The position numbers and the translations under genes are program-made. A stretch of 64,000 nt of DNA, from positions 1-64,000 of IMG/VR virus record IMGVR_UViG_3300037520_001064; one strand, written 5' to 3'. The notes under the pieces are model-generated. The model was not told the DNA's origin, did not search any database, and was given only the letters and a program-made list of their open reading frames with translations. Positions 10,367-20,590 of the stretch are shown one piece after another. The stretch's first letter is position 1, and each line of letters opens with the position of its first letter. The stretch comes from a virus.

Positions 10367-10903
10367 ATGACAGTATTAATAACATTAACAGTTGCTGGGA
10401 CTGATTCAGGTCCCTTCAACTTGTATTCAAATATAGATGGATTTACATCAGCATTTGAAACAGGAGTCTCTAAAGCTTCTTTATTAGCAGGATATTCTTC
10501 TGCTTTAGTTCCTGATTACACAACAGTGATTAGAGTGCTATCAACAGGAGACTGTACTAACTATATAGATATAACGTTAGATGCAACACCAACATCATCA
10601 ACAACATCAACTAGTACTACCTTACCTGTTCCTGTTGCAATAACAATGACATTATTTGGTAGTAGTACTGACTTAGCAGCTTGTGCATCAATTGTTGCTG
10701 GACTTGATCCGATAGCTACAAGATATTCTACAAGTTCTTATCTTAATCCTGGTGACACAATATACAATGGACCAGGATTAACTAATCCTGCCACATGGCC
10801 TGTTCCTACATACTATGGTTATACTATTACTCCAGGTCCAATATATGCTTGGGCATATGTTGCTACAAATGGAGTTGTGATAAATTCAGGGTATTGTTCA
10901 TAA
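10367..10903 (+). CDS. decoration protein, GPFxLYS-family paralog 3
   Basis: N-terminal DSGPFNLYSNIDGF domain, short Thr linker and a C-terminal ACA...G..Y module. Confidence 0.7.
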   Translation: MTVLITLTVAGTDSGPFNLYSNIDGFTSAFETGVSKASLLAGYSSALVPDYTTVIRVLSTGDCTNYIDITLDATPTSSTTSTSTTLPVPVAITMTLFGSSTDLAACASIVAGLDPIATRYSTSSYLNPGDTIYNGPGLTNPATWPVPTYYGYTITPGPIYAWAYVATNGVVINSGYCS

Positions 10904-10945
10904 GATAAATAAAAAACTCTTGTTTTGTTGGTTTTACAAGGTTTT

Positions 10946-10975
10946 CTCCCTAGGCATTTGTCTAGGGAGTTTTTG
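10946..10975 (+). terminator. Rho-independent terminator
   Basis: CTCCCTAGGCA-TT-TGTCTAGGGAG followed by TTTTTG. Confidence 0.85.
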
Positions 10976-10976
10976 T

Positions 10977-10999
10977 TTTATAACTATTTTAGTTATAAA
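10977..10999. promoter_or_regulatory. palindromic operator-like site, copy 1
   Basis: TTTATAACTA-TTT-TAGTTATAAA perfect inverted repeat. A near-identical copy lies at 28759-28781. Confidence 0.65.
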
Positions 11000-11023
11000 T
11001 AATTACAACTCTAACTAAAATTA

Positions 11024-11056
11024 TTTGGAATATATAAAAACTATTCTTTATCTTTA
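11024..11056 (+). promoter_or_regulatory. Bacteroidota-type sigma promoter (-33/-7)
   Basis: TTTG-N21-TATCTTTA, one mismatch to TAnnTTTG, upstream of the ATG at 11085. Confidence 0.55.
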
Positions 11057-11084
11057 CAATATTTTTTAACTAATATGAGTACAT

Positions 11085-12299
11085 ATGTCTGAAAATCAAA
11101 GCTTGTTACACCGATTAGAAGAGTTATTAAGTCAGAAGAAAAGTAAAAAATTCTACGCTGAGAAACTAGGGATAAGTGAATTTGAGGTCAATGAGCTCAT
11201 GAAGGAACTTAGAGAAAAAGATACAGAAACTGTATTAACAAACTACACAGGAGAACGCAAAGTAAATGTTGAAAGAGGTACAATAGAAAGTACAATAGTC
11301 ACAGACTTTGAACCTAAAGATGATATTGAACTAGCTAAGCTACATAAGATAAACTTAGATAAGTATGTTATAACAAACTACTGGTCTAAGATGTTACCAA
11401 GTGGGAAGTTTACTTCCTCAGTCTTCTCCAAGAAGAAAGAAGCAAAAGATTACTCACCTGAAGACTTTGCTAAGTTTTTAGAAAACTACAAACCAAATAA
11501 TATATCAATCACCAAAGTAGATCGTAGTAATAGTAAAGACTACGTAGATGTAGAAATATCTATATCTGATTATCACTTAGCTAAAAGAACTGTAGATGGT
11601 GATAATGATGTAACCACAAGAGCTTTAAGATATGTTACTGTGGCTCAGTCTTTGATTGATAAAGTAGAAGCTTGTTACAATATAAACACTATTGTTCTTC
11701 CTATATCGAATGATTATTTCCATACTGATAACTATCAACATCAAACCACAAACGGTACTCCACAAGATACTATAATGGATTATGCTGATGAGTATGAAAT
11801 AGGATTTGCTATTCTTGTAGATACAATCAATATGTTGAGAAAACATTCTAGCACTGTACAAGTAGTGTTGGTACAAGGAAATCATGACAGAACTAAATCT
11901 TTTTATCTAGCACATGCACTAGATGTATTTTTTAAAGATGCATTGGATGTAGAGTTTATCAGAGAGCACAGTGTTGTTAAAGGTTTGACATTAGGGAATA
12001 CATTTATTGGATGGCACCATGGTAACTGTAAGATAGAAGATCTTCCATTATTATTTGCAACACATCCAAAATATAGTCATCAGTTTGGTAATGCTGTTTA
12101 TAGAGAGGTTCATACAGGTGATAAACATCACTATATGGCTAAAGAGGTTAAGGGAGTAAGAATACAACAAATGCCTAGCTTGTCAGGAACTGACAGATGG
12201 CACTTAGATAACAATTACGTACATTCAGTTAGAGCTGCCTTAGCATTAGTCTATGATCTTAATCTAGGTAAGATAGCTGAATTCGAAACAAGAATATAA
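11085..12299 (+). CDS. calcineurin-like metallophosphoesterase with N-terminal HTH-like segment
   Basis: Motifs SDYH, NDYFH, GNHD, HHG and HTGDKHH. The N-terminal AEKLGISEFEV segment is HTH-like. Confidence 0.8.
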   Translation: MSENQSLLHRLEELLSQKKSKKFYAEKLGISEFEVNELMKELREKDTETVLTNYTGERKVNVERGTIESTIVTDFEPKDDIELAKLHKINLDKYVITNYWSKMLPSGKFTSSVFSKKKEAKDYSPEDFAKFLENYKPNNISITKVDRSNSKDYVDVEISISDYHLAKRTVDGDNDVTTRALRYVTVAQSLIDKVEACYNINTIVLPISNDYFHTDNYQHQTTNGTPQDTIMDYADEYEIGFAILVDTINMLRKHSSTVQVVLVQGNHDRTKSFYLAHALDVFFKDALDVEFIREHSVVKGLTLGNTFIGWHHGNCKIEDLPLLFATHPKYSHQFGNAVYREVHTGDKHHYMAKEVKGVRIQQMPSLSGTDRWHLDNNYVHSVRAALALVYDLNLGKIAEFETRI

Positions 12300-12301
12300 T
12301 T

Positions 12302-13030
12302 ATGGCAACATTAAGAAAATTAGTATCAGATGTTAGAAGTGTCCACAAGATACTTTCTACTGATAGTCTTATTACAGATAGAGCTATTGCTTCTGAGATT
12401 AGAAACAATGCTCTATTACTTATAAAGAGAGAAACCAATTTAAGAAAACTTTGGGCAACTGATACATTATTTACTACTATCCCTTGTTTAGAAATGATAG
12501 AGGTATCTATTTCTGAATGTTGTAATTATGTAGATGAATGTAGCATAGCTAGAACTAAGTTTAAACTTCCACGTATATCAGAAGGTAATTATCAATATGT
12601 GATACAAGGGGTTTATTCTATCAATGCTATGAGCGGCCAAGGAAAGAAATTAAAAGAAATAACTATTAACAGATATTTGAATCTTTTAAAACTTCCTATA
12701 ATTAAAAAAGAAGAATACTATTGGATATCTAATGGATATCTATATGTAAATAATCCTTTACTTAAAGCAATTAGATTTGTTGCATTATTTGAAGAAGATG
12801 TAGAGAATGAAATCATGTATCCAGAATGCGGATGTGGAACTCCAGAATACACTACTGAAGAAATCTGTAAGAATCCTTTGGACAAAGAGTTTCCCCTTCC
12901 TGGATACTTAGAACAACAAACATTACAACTTACATCTCAAAAACTACTATCTACATATTTCAATCTTAAAACTGATACTAGTCAAGAAGGAATAGATGGA
13001 CAAGCACCAAATTCAAAATCAACTAATTAA
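12302..13030 (+). CDS. crAss-like ring/tail-tubular-type structural protein
   Basis: 242 aa with ARTKFKLP, YYWISNGYLYV and EFPLP motifs. It directly precedes the HU/IHF-like and tail genes. Confidence 0.55.
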   Translation: MATLRKLVSDVRSVHKILSTDSLITDRAIASEIRNNALLLIKRETNLRKLWATDTLFTTIPCLEMIEVSISECCNYVDECSIARTKFKLPRISEGNYQYVIQGVYSINAMSGQGKKLKEITINRYLNLLKLPIIKKEEYYWISNGYLYVNNPLLKAIRFVALFEEDVENEIMYPECGCGTPEYTTEEICKNPLDKEFPLPGYLEQQTLQLTSQKLLSTYFNLKTDTSQEGIDGQAPNSKSTN

Positions 13031-13506
13031 TGAGAACAAAAATTGATTGGAGAAGCTCTAGCAAAGACAACTATAATCAGTTTTGCAAAAAACATTCCTC
13101 TATAAAACTTACATACGATGAATGGAGAAATATCATTTACACTTATAATGAATTCTTCAAAGAGTATATATTAGAGACAGGTGATAAAGCAAAACTGCCT
13201 TATGGATTTGGAGAGTTCTCAATCAATAAAAAGAAAAGAAGAAAGGTAAAATTAGCTGATGGAAAAGAATTTGTTAATTTACCAATCGACTGGCAAAAAA
13301 CTAAAGAGAAAGGAAAAGTTATTTATAACTTTAATTATCATACGGAAGGTTATTTTTTTGGTTGGATGTGGTTTAAACAAACTGCACGTTTTAAAAATTC
13401 TGACTTATGGTATTTTAAACCTTCTAGATTAACCTCACGATTATTATCACACTATTTAAAAACCAGCGACAAGTACCAAAATATTTACCGAGAATGGAAA
13501 AAATAA
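13030..13506 (+). CDS. HU/IHF-like DNA-binding protein of the crAss-like tail module
   Basis: Basic 158-aa protein with an LPYGFGEFSI HU-like hairpin and FKPSR. It overlaps the upstream stop (TAATG). Confidence 0.6.
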   Translation: MRTKIDWRSSSKDNYNQFCKKHSSIKLTYDEWRNIIYTYNEFFKEYILETGDKAKLPYGFGEFSINKKKRRKVKLADGKEFVNLPIDWQKTKEKGKVIYNFNYHTEGYFFGWMWFKQTARFKNSDLWYFKPSRLTSRLLSHYLKTSDKYQNIYREWKK

Positions 13507-13512
13507 TGAACT

Positions 13513-14487
13513 ATGTCATACTACTATAAATATAATTTTGTATCCCCAGAGCCTGTCTACTCAACAGTTAAAGAAGAATTAAAATCTTATTTTGATACTG
13601 GTGCAGTGGATGATCTTTTATTTCCTACCTACTTAGACAAGTGTCTTAAGAAGTTAGGAAGAACAACCTTTGTTATAAGTGAAGAGATCCTTTACATAGA
13701 AGATTTTGAAGCTAGACTTCCTGATAATTTCTATGCTGTAAGAGAAGCTTGGATGTGTACAGCAGTAGCTGGTTATCCATATCAGACAGCTAATTCATTC
13801 TATTCTCAAGCAGCTAATGCAACTACTATTCAAGTGGCTCCATTAACTATTGGAGGAACTCCTTGTAATAGACCTGGTTGTCAAGTTCCACAATGTGATG
13901 GTACATGTATGCCAGAATTAGTACAAGCTGTTTATAAAACAAATAATAGTGTAGCTAGACAATATACTCATGAATATTTACTTAAACCAGGTAATATATC
14001 TGCAAGACAGAATTGTGGAGTGGAGTATACAAATGCTTGGGACTTCTATGCAGAAGCTCCTCCTATTCACGAATTTACTCCTGGTGCTGCTAGTTATGAT
14101 TCATTTGATGTCAGAGATAATAAGTTTGTAACTAACTTTAGAAATGGTGTTGTTCACTTATTATTCTATGCTACAGAGTATGATGAGATAGGTAATCAAA
14201 TGATTCCTGATAATTATCGTATTAGAGAGTATGTAGAAGCGTTTCTTAAATTCAAGATATTTGAAACTCTTACAAACCAAACTAATGATGAAACTTTCAA
14301 TCAGTTACAACAGAAAATGTTATATCACAAGCAAGCATATGAGGAATCTTACATCATGGCTGAGATTGAAATGAAGAAACAAAGTCCTTGGGAAAAACAA
14401 AGAAGAATCAAAAACGATCTTAACAGATTTAATATGTATGAACTTCCTAACCGTACTAATAGATATGGTAGAAGACGTAATAACTAA
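13513..14487 (+). CDS. tail tubular / ring protein (P22 gp4-like position)
   Basis: 324 aa directly upstream of the muzzle gene, with a TNFRNGVVHLLFYA..DE.GNQMIPD motif. Confidence 0.6.
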   Translation: MSYYYKYNFVSPEPVYSTVKEELKSYFDTGAVDDLLFPTYLDKCLKKLGRTTFVISEEILYIEDFEARLPDNFYAVREAWMCTAVAGYPYQTANSFYSQAANATTIQVAPLTIGGTPCNRPGCQVPQCDGTCMPELVQAVYKTNNSVARQYTHEYLLKPGNISARQNCGVEYTNAWDFYAEAPPIHEFTPGAASYDSFDVRDNKFVTNFRNGVVHLLFYATEYDEIGNQMIPDNYRIREYVEAFLKFKIFETLTNQTNDETFNQLQQKMLYHKQAYEESYIMAEIEMKKQSPWEKQRRIKNDLNRFNMYELPNRTNRYGRRRNN

Positions 14488-14492
14488 TAATT

Positions 14493-17400
14493 ATGGCTGA
14501 AGAAAAACAAGGCAATATAAAACAAGAGTATAATACTGGTACGATTGGTTTAAATATGGATCAAACTTTGAACCAGATTAAACCAGGTACTCTTACATAT
14601 GCATTAAATGCTGCCTTAGAAAACTTTGACGCTAGTTCTGTGAACTATCAGAATGAGCAAGGTAATGAGCTTTGTGTAAATTTTCCACAAGGATTCACAT
14701 TAATTGGTAATCATTTTATTGCAGAACAAAGTAAACATATTTTCTTTATAACCAATCCTAACACAGGAGATTGTCAAATTGGTTATATGGATAATAATGA
14801 TTGCATCTATCATATATTAGTAAGTGGTAAATGTCTTAACTTTAATATAAACCATCCAATACAAAAAACAGTACATAAGATTACAAATTGTACAACAGAA
14901 ATATATTGGACAGATGGATTGAATCCTAGAAGATATTTAGATATTAATAATATTCCTTATATACAAGCACCTCAATCACAGTTATGTGACCCTATATATA
15001 CAGATCAATTAGATTGTAATCAATTAAAGATACAACCTAATTTCAGCATTCCATTTTTAAATGTTGTAGATGTAATTAGTGGTGGTGAATTAAAAGCAGG
15101 AACTGTACAATTTGCTATACAGTATTGTGATGCTGCAGGTAATGCGTTCACATCATATTATTCTGTTACCAATCCTACACCTATTGCTGATCCATTTATC
15201 ACTACAGTTAATTATGATTACACTGTGGGTAAATCAGTTGTAGTTGATATTACAGGTCTTGATACTACAGGACAATATCAATATTATAACTTAGCAGTGA
15301 TCACTACTGTAAATGCAATCACATCTGTAGAATTAGTTGGTACATACTTTATTGAAAACTCATATGACCAAGTTGTATATACTGGTCAGAATGTAGATAA
15401 TATTCGTTTAGTTATTGCAGATATATTTGAAAAATATCCATACTACGATATTGCACAAGATGTTACAGCTGTACAAGATGTTCTTGTATGGGATAATCTT
15501 ACATCTATAGACAGAATTAACTATCAATCTATTGCTAGTCAAATTAAACTTGGTTGGGAAACTTATAGAATACCAAATGATGAAAACTATTCTGATGAGC
15601 TAAATGCTACAAACTTACGTGGATATCTACGTGATGAGGTGTATGCATTTGAGATAGTGTTTTTATTAAAGAATGGAAAACAAACAGATGGTTTTCATAT
15701 CCCTGGAAGAGAATTAAATCCTAATGATTTACAGTATCCAAATGTTTTAGAAACTGATCCTGACTTTATAGGTGAACCTACAGGTATTGATCCTTTTACA
15801 GGAATTGGATATAGCCCTTACTGGAAGATATATAATACAGCAACTGTAACAGGTAATTCTCCACAATGCCCAACATGTAATATAGGTAATGCTACACCAT
15901 ATCAATATGGTGAATTTGCTTATTGGGAATCTACAGAAGAATATCCTTGTAACGAAGATGTGTGGGGTGACCTTGCTGGTAAACCTATTAGACATCACAA
16001 GTTTCCAGATGTTCTTGTAAGTCCTATATTTGAGAATCCTGTATATGTATATTCAGGAACTCAAGTTGTTCCTGTAATGCAAAATGATGCTGTGTTCCCA
16101 ATTGGTGTAAGAGTTGATGTTGGACAGATTAGTAACTTAATTTACCAATCATCATTAACTCCAGAACAAAAGGATGACATTGTTGCATTCAAAATAGTTA
16201 GAGGAGATAGAGGAACAAATAAATCTATTATTGCTAAAGGAATACTTCGTAACGTTGGATCTTATGTAAGACAAGATCAAACTCTTTATTATCCAAATTA
16301 TCCATATAATGATCTTAATTCAGATCCTTTCTTAAATGAATTTAATAATGCATATAATCTAATATCTGATCCATGGTTAGTAATAAACAATAGTAGTATT
16401 GATGTTATAGTTGAATTTAAAGATCCTAATACAAATCAAACTGCAAAGAGAACAGTACCTAAGAACACAACAGTTGAATTTTGTTCAACAAGTAGACCTA
16501 CAGTATTTGAAGGTGCTAGTAGTAGTGTACTTATTGGTCCTGGAAACTTTGATTCATTTTTCTTAAGTGGCTGTCGTGGATGTAGAGGATATCATGCATA
16601 TTGGGCAACACCATTCACTTCAGACAACACTGTTCTAAATCAAGAAGAAGACTATTTAAATGCTAACAGTAATATATTTGGTGGTGGTTGTAGTACTGGT
16701 AGAGCAATAGTAAATGTTGGTGGAAATGTAGGTGATGATTGTGATAATCCTTGGTGGAACCCATGTAAATGTAATGCAATTGCTGATATAGAAGATATTG
16801 AATATCAAGATATTGGTGTTGTAAACTTTAATAAAAGTAGAAGATCTAAACTTAATTGTAAAGGACAAACACCTATTGCTGCATTTACTGGTGGAACTTT
16901 AAACTATAGACAAATATTTAATTCTCCTGAAACATCATTTGGACAACCATTTTTAGGTAATGTATTAAAACTTGAGAATGTAATGTTTGGTGCTGGTAGA
17001 GCACATTTTGTTCCAGTGGAAAGTAATGCTAAATATAAACTTCTTACAAAAGAAGCACAATACGATGCATTAGAGTCATCAGAAAGACTTGGTGCTATTA
17101 CAAGTACATTTAATGCTGGAGCAATGTTTACTGCTTATCAGGCATACCTAACTATTTATGTAAATGGTATTACTAGAAAGAACTATGCATATTCATTTAA
17201 TTCAATAGCTAATTATGACTACTTTGGAAATATAAACAATGGTCTTGGTATTAAACAAAGAACAATTGATTTTGCTCGTTATTTAATTCCAGGGGTTCAA
17301 TCTGTTGGAGAACCAGGTGGTATTAATGTAAACAACTTTGAAAGAGAAAGCTCTGTATATATCAAAACTATAGAAGATAGAAATGTTACTATTCCTGTTA

Positions 17401-20400
17401 CACCTTTGGAGTTTCCTAGTAAAACACCAAGTCTTGTTTCTGGAGGAACTTCTATTATTACAGATAAATCTAGATTTACTATTTCAAGTAGTGGTGTATG
17501 TAATGCTCCAGGTAAAGAACAAGATATTAGTGTTGTTTCTTATTATGGTTCTATGAAAAATATATTTGTAAACCAATGGGGACAAATATATTCATATAAC
17601 ACTATTGATACAGGATTCCAAAGAAAACTTAATTCAGGATTTACAGACATTGCTACTGTATTTGGAGGAGATACATTTATCTCTAGATTTACATTTAAAA
17701 CAAAACTTCCTTACTTCATTGATAATAGAGTTAATGCTCCTGATGATTCAGACATTTTCTATGATGAAATAGGTAATGTAGCTTATCCAAAATACTGGCA
17801 CTCTGCTAGATCTATTCTTTCAGATTATTCAGTACAAGGTCAGGTTATGTCAAATATTATTTCGTATAAAGCAAACTATCTTGATTGTCCTAATTATGAT
17901 CCTGTAACATTTAAAATTAATGCACCTTCTGGTTCAAACAGAACATTCTATGATGGATACTTCTATTTGTTTGCATATGGTATTCCTAATTTCTATTGTG
18001 AGACTTCTTACAATCTAGACCTTAGACAAGCATTCAATAATAGAGAAGGTGATTTCTGGCCACACGTATCAACAGGTATTCCTGATGCATGGGTTCAAGA
18101 AGATTATGTATCTATCCAGAATGATAATACATATACTTACAATGTAACATTCTCTAAACAAAACAAAGAGAACACCTTCACTCATTTACCACCTGATTGG
18201 GTTGAGCAATTCTGTTATACAAACTATCCGTTTAGAGCAATCTATTCAGATTCTCAAAATACAGATGCTGATAATAGAGTGAATAGTTGGTTAACATATA
18301 GAGCATTGTCATACTTTGATTTCCCTCAAAACTATGGTAATCTTATATCATTAGATGGTATTCAGAATAAAGCTGTACTTGCTAGATTTGAAAACAAATC
18401 TTTAATGTATAATAACTTATTGACAATTGATACAAGTAATCCTCAAGCTGCATATGTAGGAAATCCTAATATGTTTAAAGGTGCTCCTCCTATTGATTTT
18501 GCTGAAACAGATCTTGGATATGTGGGAAGTCAGAATAAGTTCTTATTAAAAATACCTCAAGGACAAATAACTGTAGATGCTAAAAGAGGACAAATCTTTT
18601 TGATCTCTGGTACACAAGCTGTAGATCTTTCTGCATTTGGTAGTGGTATGAACAGATTCTTTACAGACCACTTAGCATTTGAAATACTTAGATATTTCCC
18701 TGATGTAAATATAGATAACAACTTTACTGGAGTTGGACTACATGGTGTATATGATAGTAAATTTGATAGAGTTATTTTTACTAAGCTAGATTATATTCCT
18801 ATTGATAAAGATGTTAAGTATGATTCTACATTACAACAGTTTTATGTGGAAGATGTAATTAATGGAGTTACATTCAGAACTCAAGTGTACTTGACAGATC
18901 CTGATTACTTCTGTAATAAATCTTGGACTATATCATTCAATATGAATACTAAGTCTTGGGTAAGTTTCCATACATATATTCCTAATTTCTATATAGCAGA
19001 AAATAATTTCTTCTATTCAGGAATCAATGGATGTTGCGATGATGTTAGTTTCTCTGCATTAGTTGGAAACTTAGTACCTGCTAGTACAACTACAACTACA
19101 ACACAAATTGTCCCATCAACAACAACTACAACAACAATAGTTTTAGATTGTCAGTTAGTAGGAAATGCACTTACATTATTCTGTAACTTAGAAGGTAATG
19201 CTATAATCACTGTACCATCTCCAAGTACAACAACTACTACTACAGTATGTGCTAGACCTAGTGGATTGAATCTATATGGATTCTATACTGGATATCAAGT
19301 GGGAGTAAATCCTCCTGTTGTTTCTACAGGAAGTCTTGTAGATGCTTGTGCTGCAATTTCATTTACAAGTTCAACTATTACAACACTAACTGGTTTCTCA
19401 GTGATGGCTGCAAATCTTTCAATAGGTACTTTTGTTTATTCAGGAACAGGCACTGATTGTACATTAGTTCCTGATGGATGGTATTTTACTCCTGAAGGTC
19501 AATCTACTGGATTTGTTTATCAATTAGTTGGTGGAGTAGTTACACAAATTTCATATTGTAATTCTAACAACACAACTACATCAACTACTACCTTAGTTCC
19601 AAGTGTTCCAGAATGTTGTGGAATAGTATTTAGTGAAGGGAATAACATAAGTCTTCTTAACAATGATGGATCTTTCAGTCCATTATCAGTACCAGGATAT
19701 GTAAGCTCTTATGGAATAGAATTATCTGTAGATAAATTCTGGTCTATTGGTACTCAGATTATTGAATGGGATATTACATTAAGTCCTTTTAGTGCAGTGT
19801 TTAATAGAAATATAACACTTCCTGGAGGATTTACAACAGGTAGTGGAATATCAGCAATCACTGATACATTATTAATTGCTGTAGATTCATCAACAAGTCC
19901 TCAAGAAGTAGTTGAATTAAATATCACTACAGCCACTGCAACTATGAGCACTGTATTTACATTACAAGCAGATAGAGTGGCATTAGGTAATTTCTTATAT
20001 ACCACTTCTAATAAACTGTTAATACTTAATCAGGATACAATTACATCAGCATACTATCTTACTCAGTATGATTATGCAACCACTGCAATTGATCTTGATA
20101 TTGATCTTGGAGCAATTATACCTGTTTCTATATTCTCATGCTCATGTGTGACGTATGTAATAGATAGCTTAGGAGATGTTTATTCAGTAGAATCAGCTCC
20201 TACATATGGATTAACTATTGTAAATAATTTCACTACAATTCCTAATTCATCTGCACAATCAAATGCATGTGTAATATGTTCATTAACAGATAATGGTAAT
20301 CTTCTTACAACTACCACTACAACTATAGCTGCTTTATATTTTTGCTATACTGTTCAAGTGAATAACACTTGTGATATAAGTTGGATTGATGCTACTGGAA

Positions 20401-20579
20401 CACCACAAACTCAAACTGTAATAAACGATACAATTTATGTATGTGCTCAAGAGAACTCAGTAACATCAGTTTGTAACCCAGGTAGTTCAGTATTAATTAC
20501 AGGTGGAACAAGTCCTTGTACAAGTAGTATCGATTGTCAACCTACAACTACAAGCACTACAACAATAACACCTCCTTAA
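14493..20579 (+). CDS. tail stabilisation/muzzle protein (P22 gp10-like), N-terminal part, with C-terminal decoration modules
   Basis: Begins GLNMD, then IYWTDGLNPRRY, YLRDEVYAF, FGGDTFI and KSWVSFHTY. The last roughly 500 aa are Thr tracts and Cys modules. Confidence 0.7.
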   Translation: MAEEKQGNIKQEYNTGTIGLNMDQTLNQIKPGTLTYALNAALENFDASSVNYQNEQGNELCVNFPQGFTLIGNHFIAEQSKHIFFITNPNTGDCQIGYMDNNDCIYHILVSGKCLNFNINHPIQKTVHKITNCTTEIYWTDGLNPRRYLDINNIPYIQAPQSQLCDPIYTDQLDCNQLKIQPNFSIPFLNVVDVISGGELKAGTVQFAIQYCDAAGNAFTSYYSVTNPTPIADPFITTVNYDYTVGKSVVVDITGLDTTGQYQYYNLAVITTVNAITSVELVGTYFIENSYDQVVYTGQNVDNIRLVIADIFEKYPYYDIAQDVTAVQDVLVWDNLTSIDRINYQSIASQIKLGWETYRIPNDENYSDELNATNLRGYLRDEVYAFEIVFLLKNGKQTDGFHIPGRELNPNDLQYPNVLETDPDFIGEPTGIDPFTGIGYSPYWKIYNTATVTGNSPQCPTCNIGNATPYQYGEFAYWESTEEYPCNEDVWGDLAGKPIRHHKFPDVLVSPIFENPVYVYSGTQVVPVMQNDAVFPIGVRVDVGQISNLIYQSSLTPEQKDDIVAFKIVRGDRGTNKSIIAKGILRNVGSYVRQDQTLYYPNYPYNDLNSDPFLNEFNNAYNLISDPWLVINNSSIDVIVEFKDPNTNQTAKRTVPKNTTVEFCSTSRPTVFEGASSSVLIGPGNFDSFFLSGCRGCRGYHAYWATPFTSDNTVLNQEEDYLNANSNIFGGGCSTGRAIVNVGGNVGDDCDNPWWNPCKCNAIADIEDIEYQDIGVVNFNKSRRSKLNCKGQTPIAAFTGGTLNYRQIFNSPETSFGQPFLGNVLKLENVMFGAGRAHFVPVESNAKYKLLTKEAQYDALESSERLGAITSTFNAGAMFTAYQAYLTIYVNGITRKNYAYSFNSIANYDYFGNINNGLGIKQRTIDFARYLIPGVQSVGEPGGINVNNFERESSVYIKTIEDRNVTIPVTPLEFPSKTPSLVSGGTSIITDKSRFTISSSGVCNAPGKEQDISVVSYYGSMKNIFVNQWGQIYSYNTIDTGFQRKLNSGFTDIATVFGGDTFISRFTFKTKLPYFIDNRVNAPDDSDIFYDEIGNVAYPKYWHSARSILSDYSVQGQVMSNIISYKANYLDCPNYDPVTFKINAPSGSNRTFYDGYFYLFAYGIPNFYCETSYNLDLRQAFNNREGDFWPHVSTGIPDAWVQEDYVSIQNDNTYTYNVTFSKQNKENTFTHLPPDWVEQFCYTNYPFRAIYSDSQNTDADNRVNSWLTYRALSYFDFPQNYGNLISLDGIQNKAVLARFENKSLMYNNLLTIDTSNPQAAYVGNPNMFKGAPPIDFAETDLGYVGSQNKFLLKIPQGQITVDAKRGQIFLISGTQAVDLSAFGSGMNRFFTDHLAFEILRYFPDVNIDNNFTGVGLHGVYDSKFDRVIFTKLDYIPIDKDVKYDSTLQQFYVEDVINGVTFRTQVYLTDPDYFCNKSWTISFNMNTKSWVSFHTYIPNFYIAENNFFYSGINGCCDDVSFSALVGNLVPASTTTTTTQIVPSTTTTTTIVLDCQLVGNALTLFCNLEGNAIITVPSPSTTTTTTVCARPSGLNLYGFYTGYQVGVNPPVVSTGSLVDACAAISFTSSTITTLTGFSVMAANLSIGTFVYSGTGTDCTLVPDGWYFTPEGQSTGFVYQLVGGVVTQISYCNSNNTTTSTTTLVPSVPECCGIVFSEGNNISLLNNDGSFSPLSVPGYVSSYGIELSVDKFWSIGTQIIEWDITLSPFSAVFNRNITLPGGFTTGSGISAITDTLLIAVDSSTSPQEVVELNITTATATMSTVFTLQADRVALGNFLYTTSNKLLILNQDTITSAYYLTQYDYATTAIDLDIDLGAIIPVSIFSCSCVTYVIDSLGDVYSVESAPTYGLTIVNNFTTIPNSSAQSNACVICSLTDNGNLLTTTTTTIAALYFCYTVQVNNTCDISWIDATGTPQTQTVINDTIYVCAQENSVTSVCNPGSSVLITGGTSPCTSSIDCQPTTTSTTTITPP

Positions 20580-20590
20580 TAAGTTTAAAT

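Noticed and set aside
2539-10903. Eukaryotic or giant-virus origin suggested by mucin-like, Cys-rich proteins
   Set aside because: There are no signal peptides or introns. The genes show tight operonic packing, bacterial terminators and Bacteroidota promoters, and sit within crAss-like phage synteny.
20534-20590. TTG start for the gene downstream of the muzzle, or a frameshift fusing the two ORFs
   Set aside because: ATG 20591 has an A/T-rich leader and aligns with the N-termini of the GPF paralogs. No obvious slippery site was seen, so separate genes are more parsimonious.
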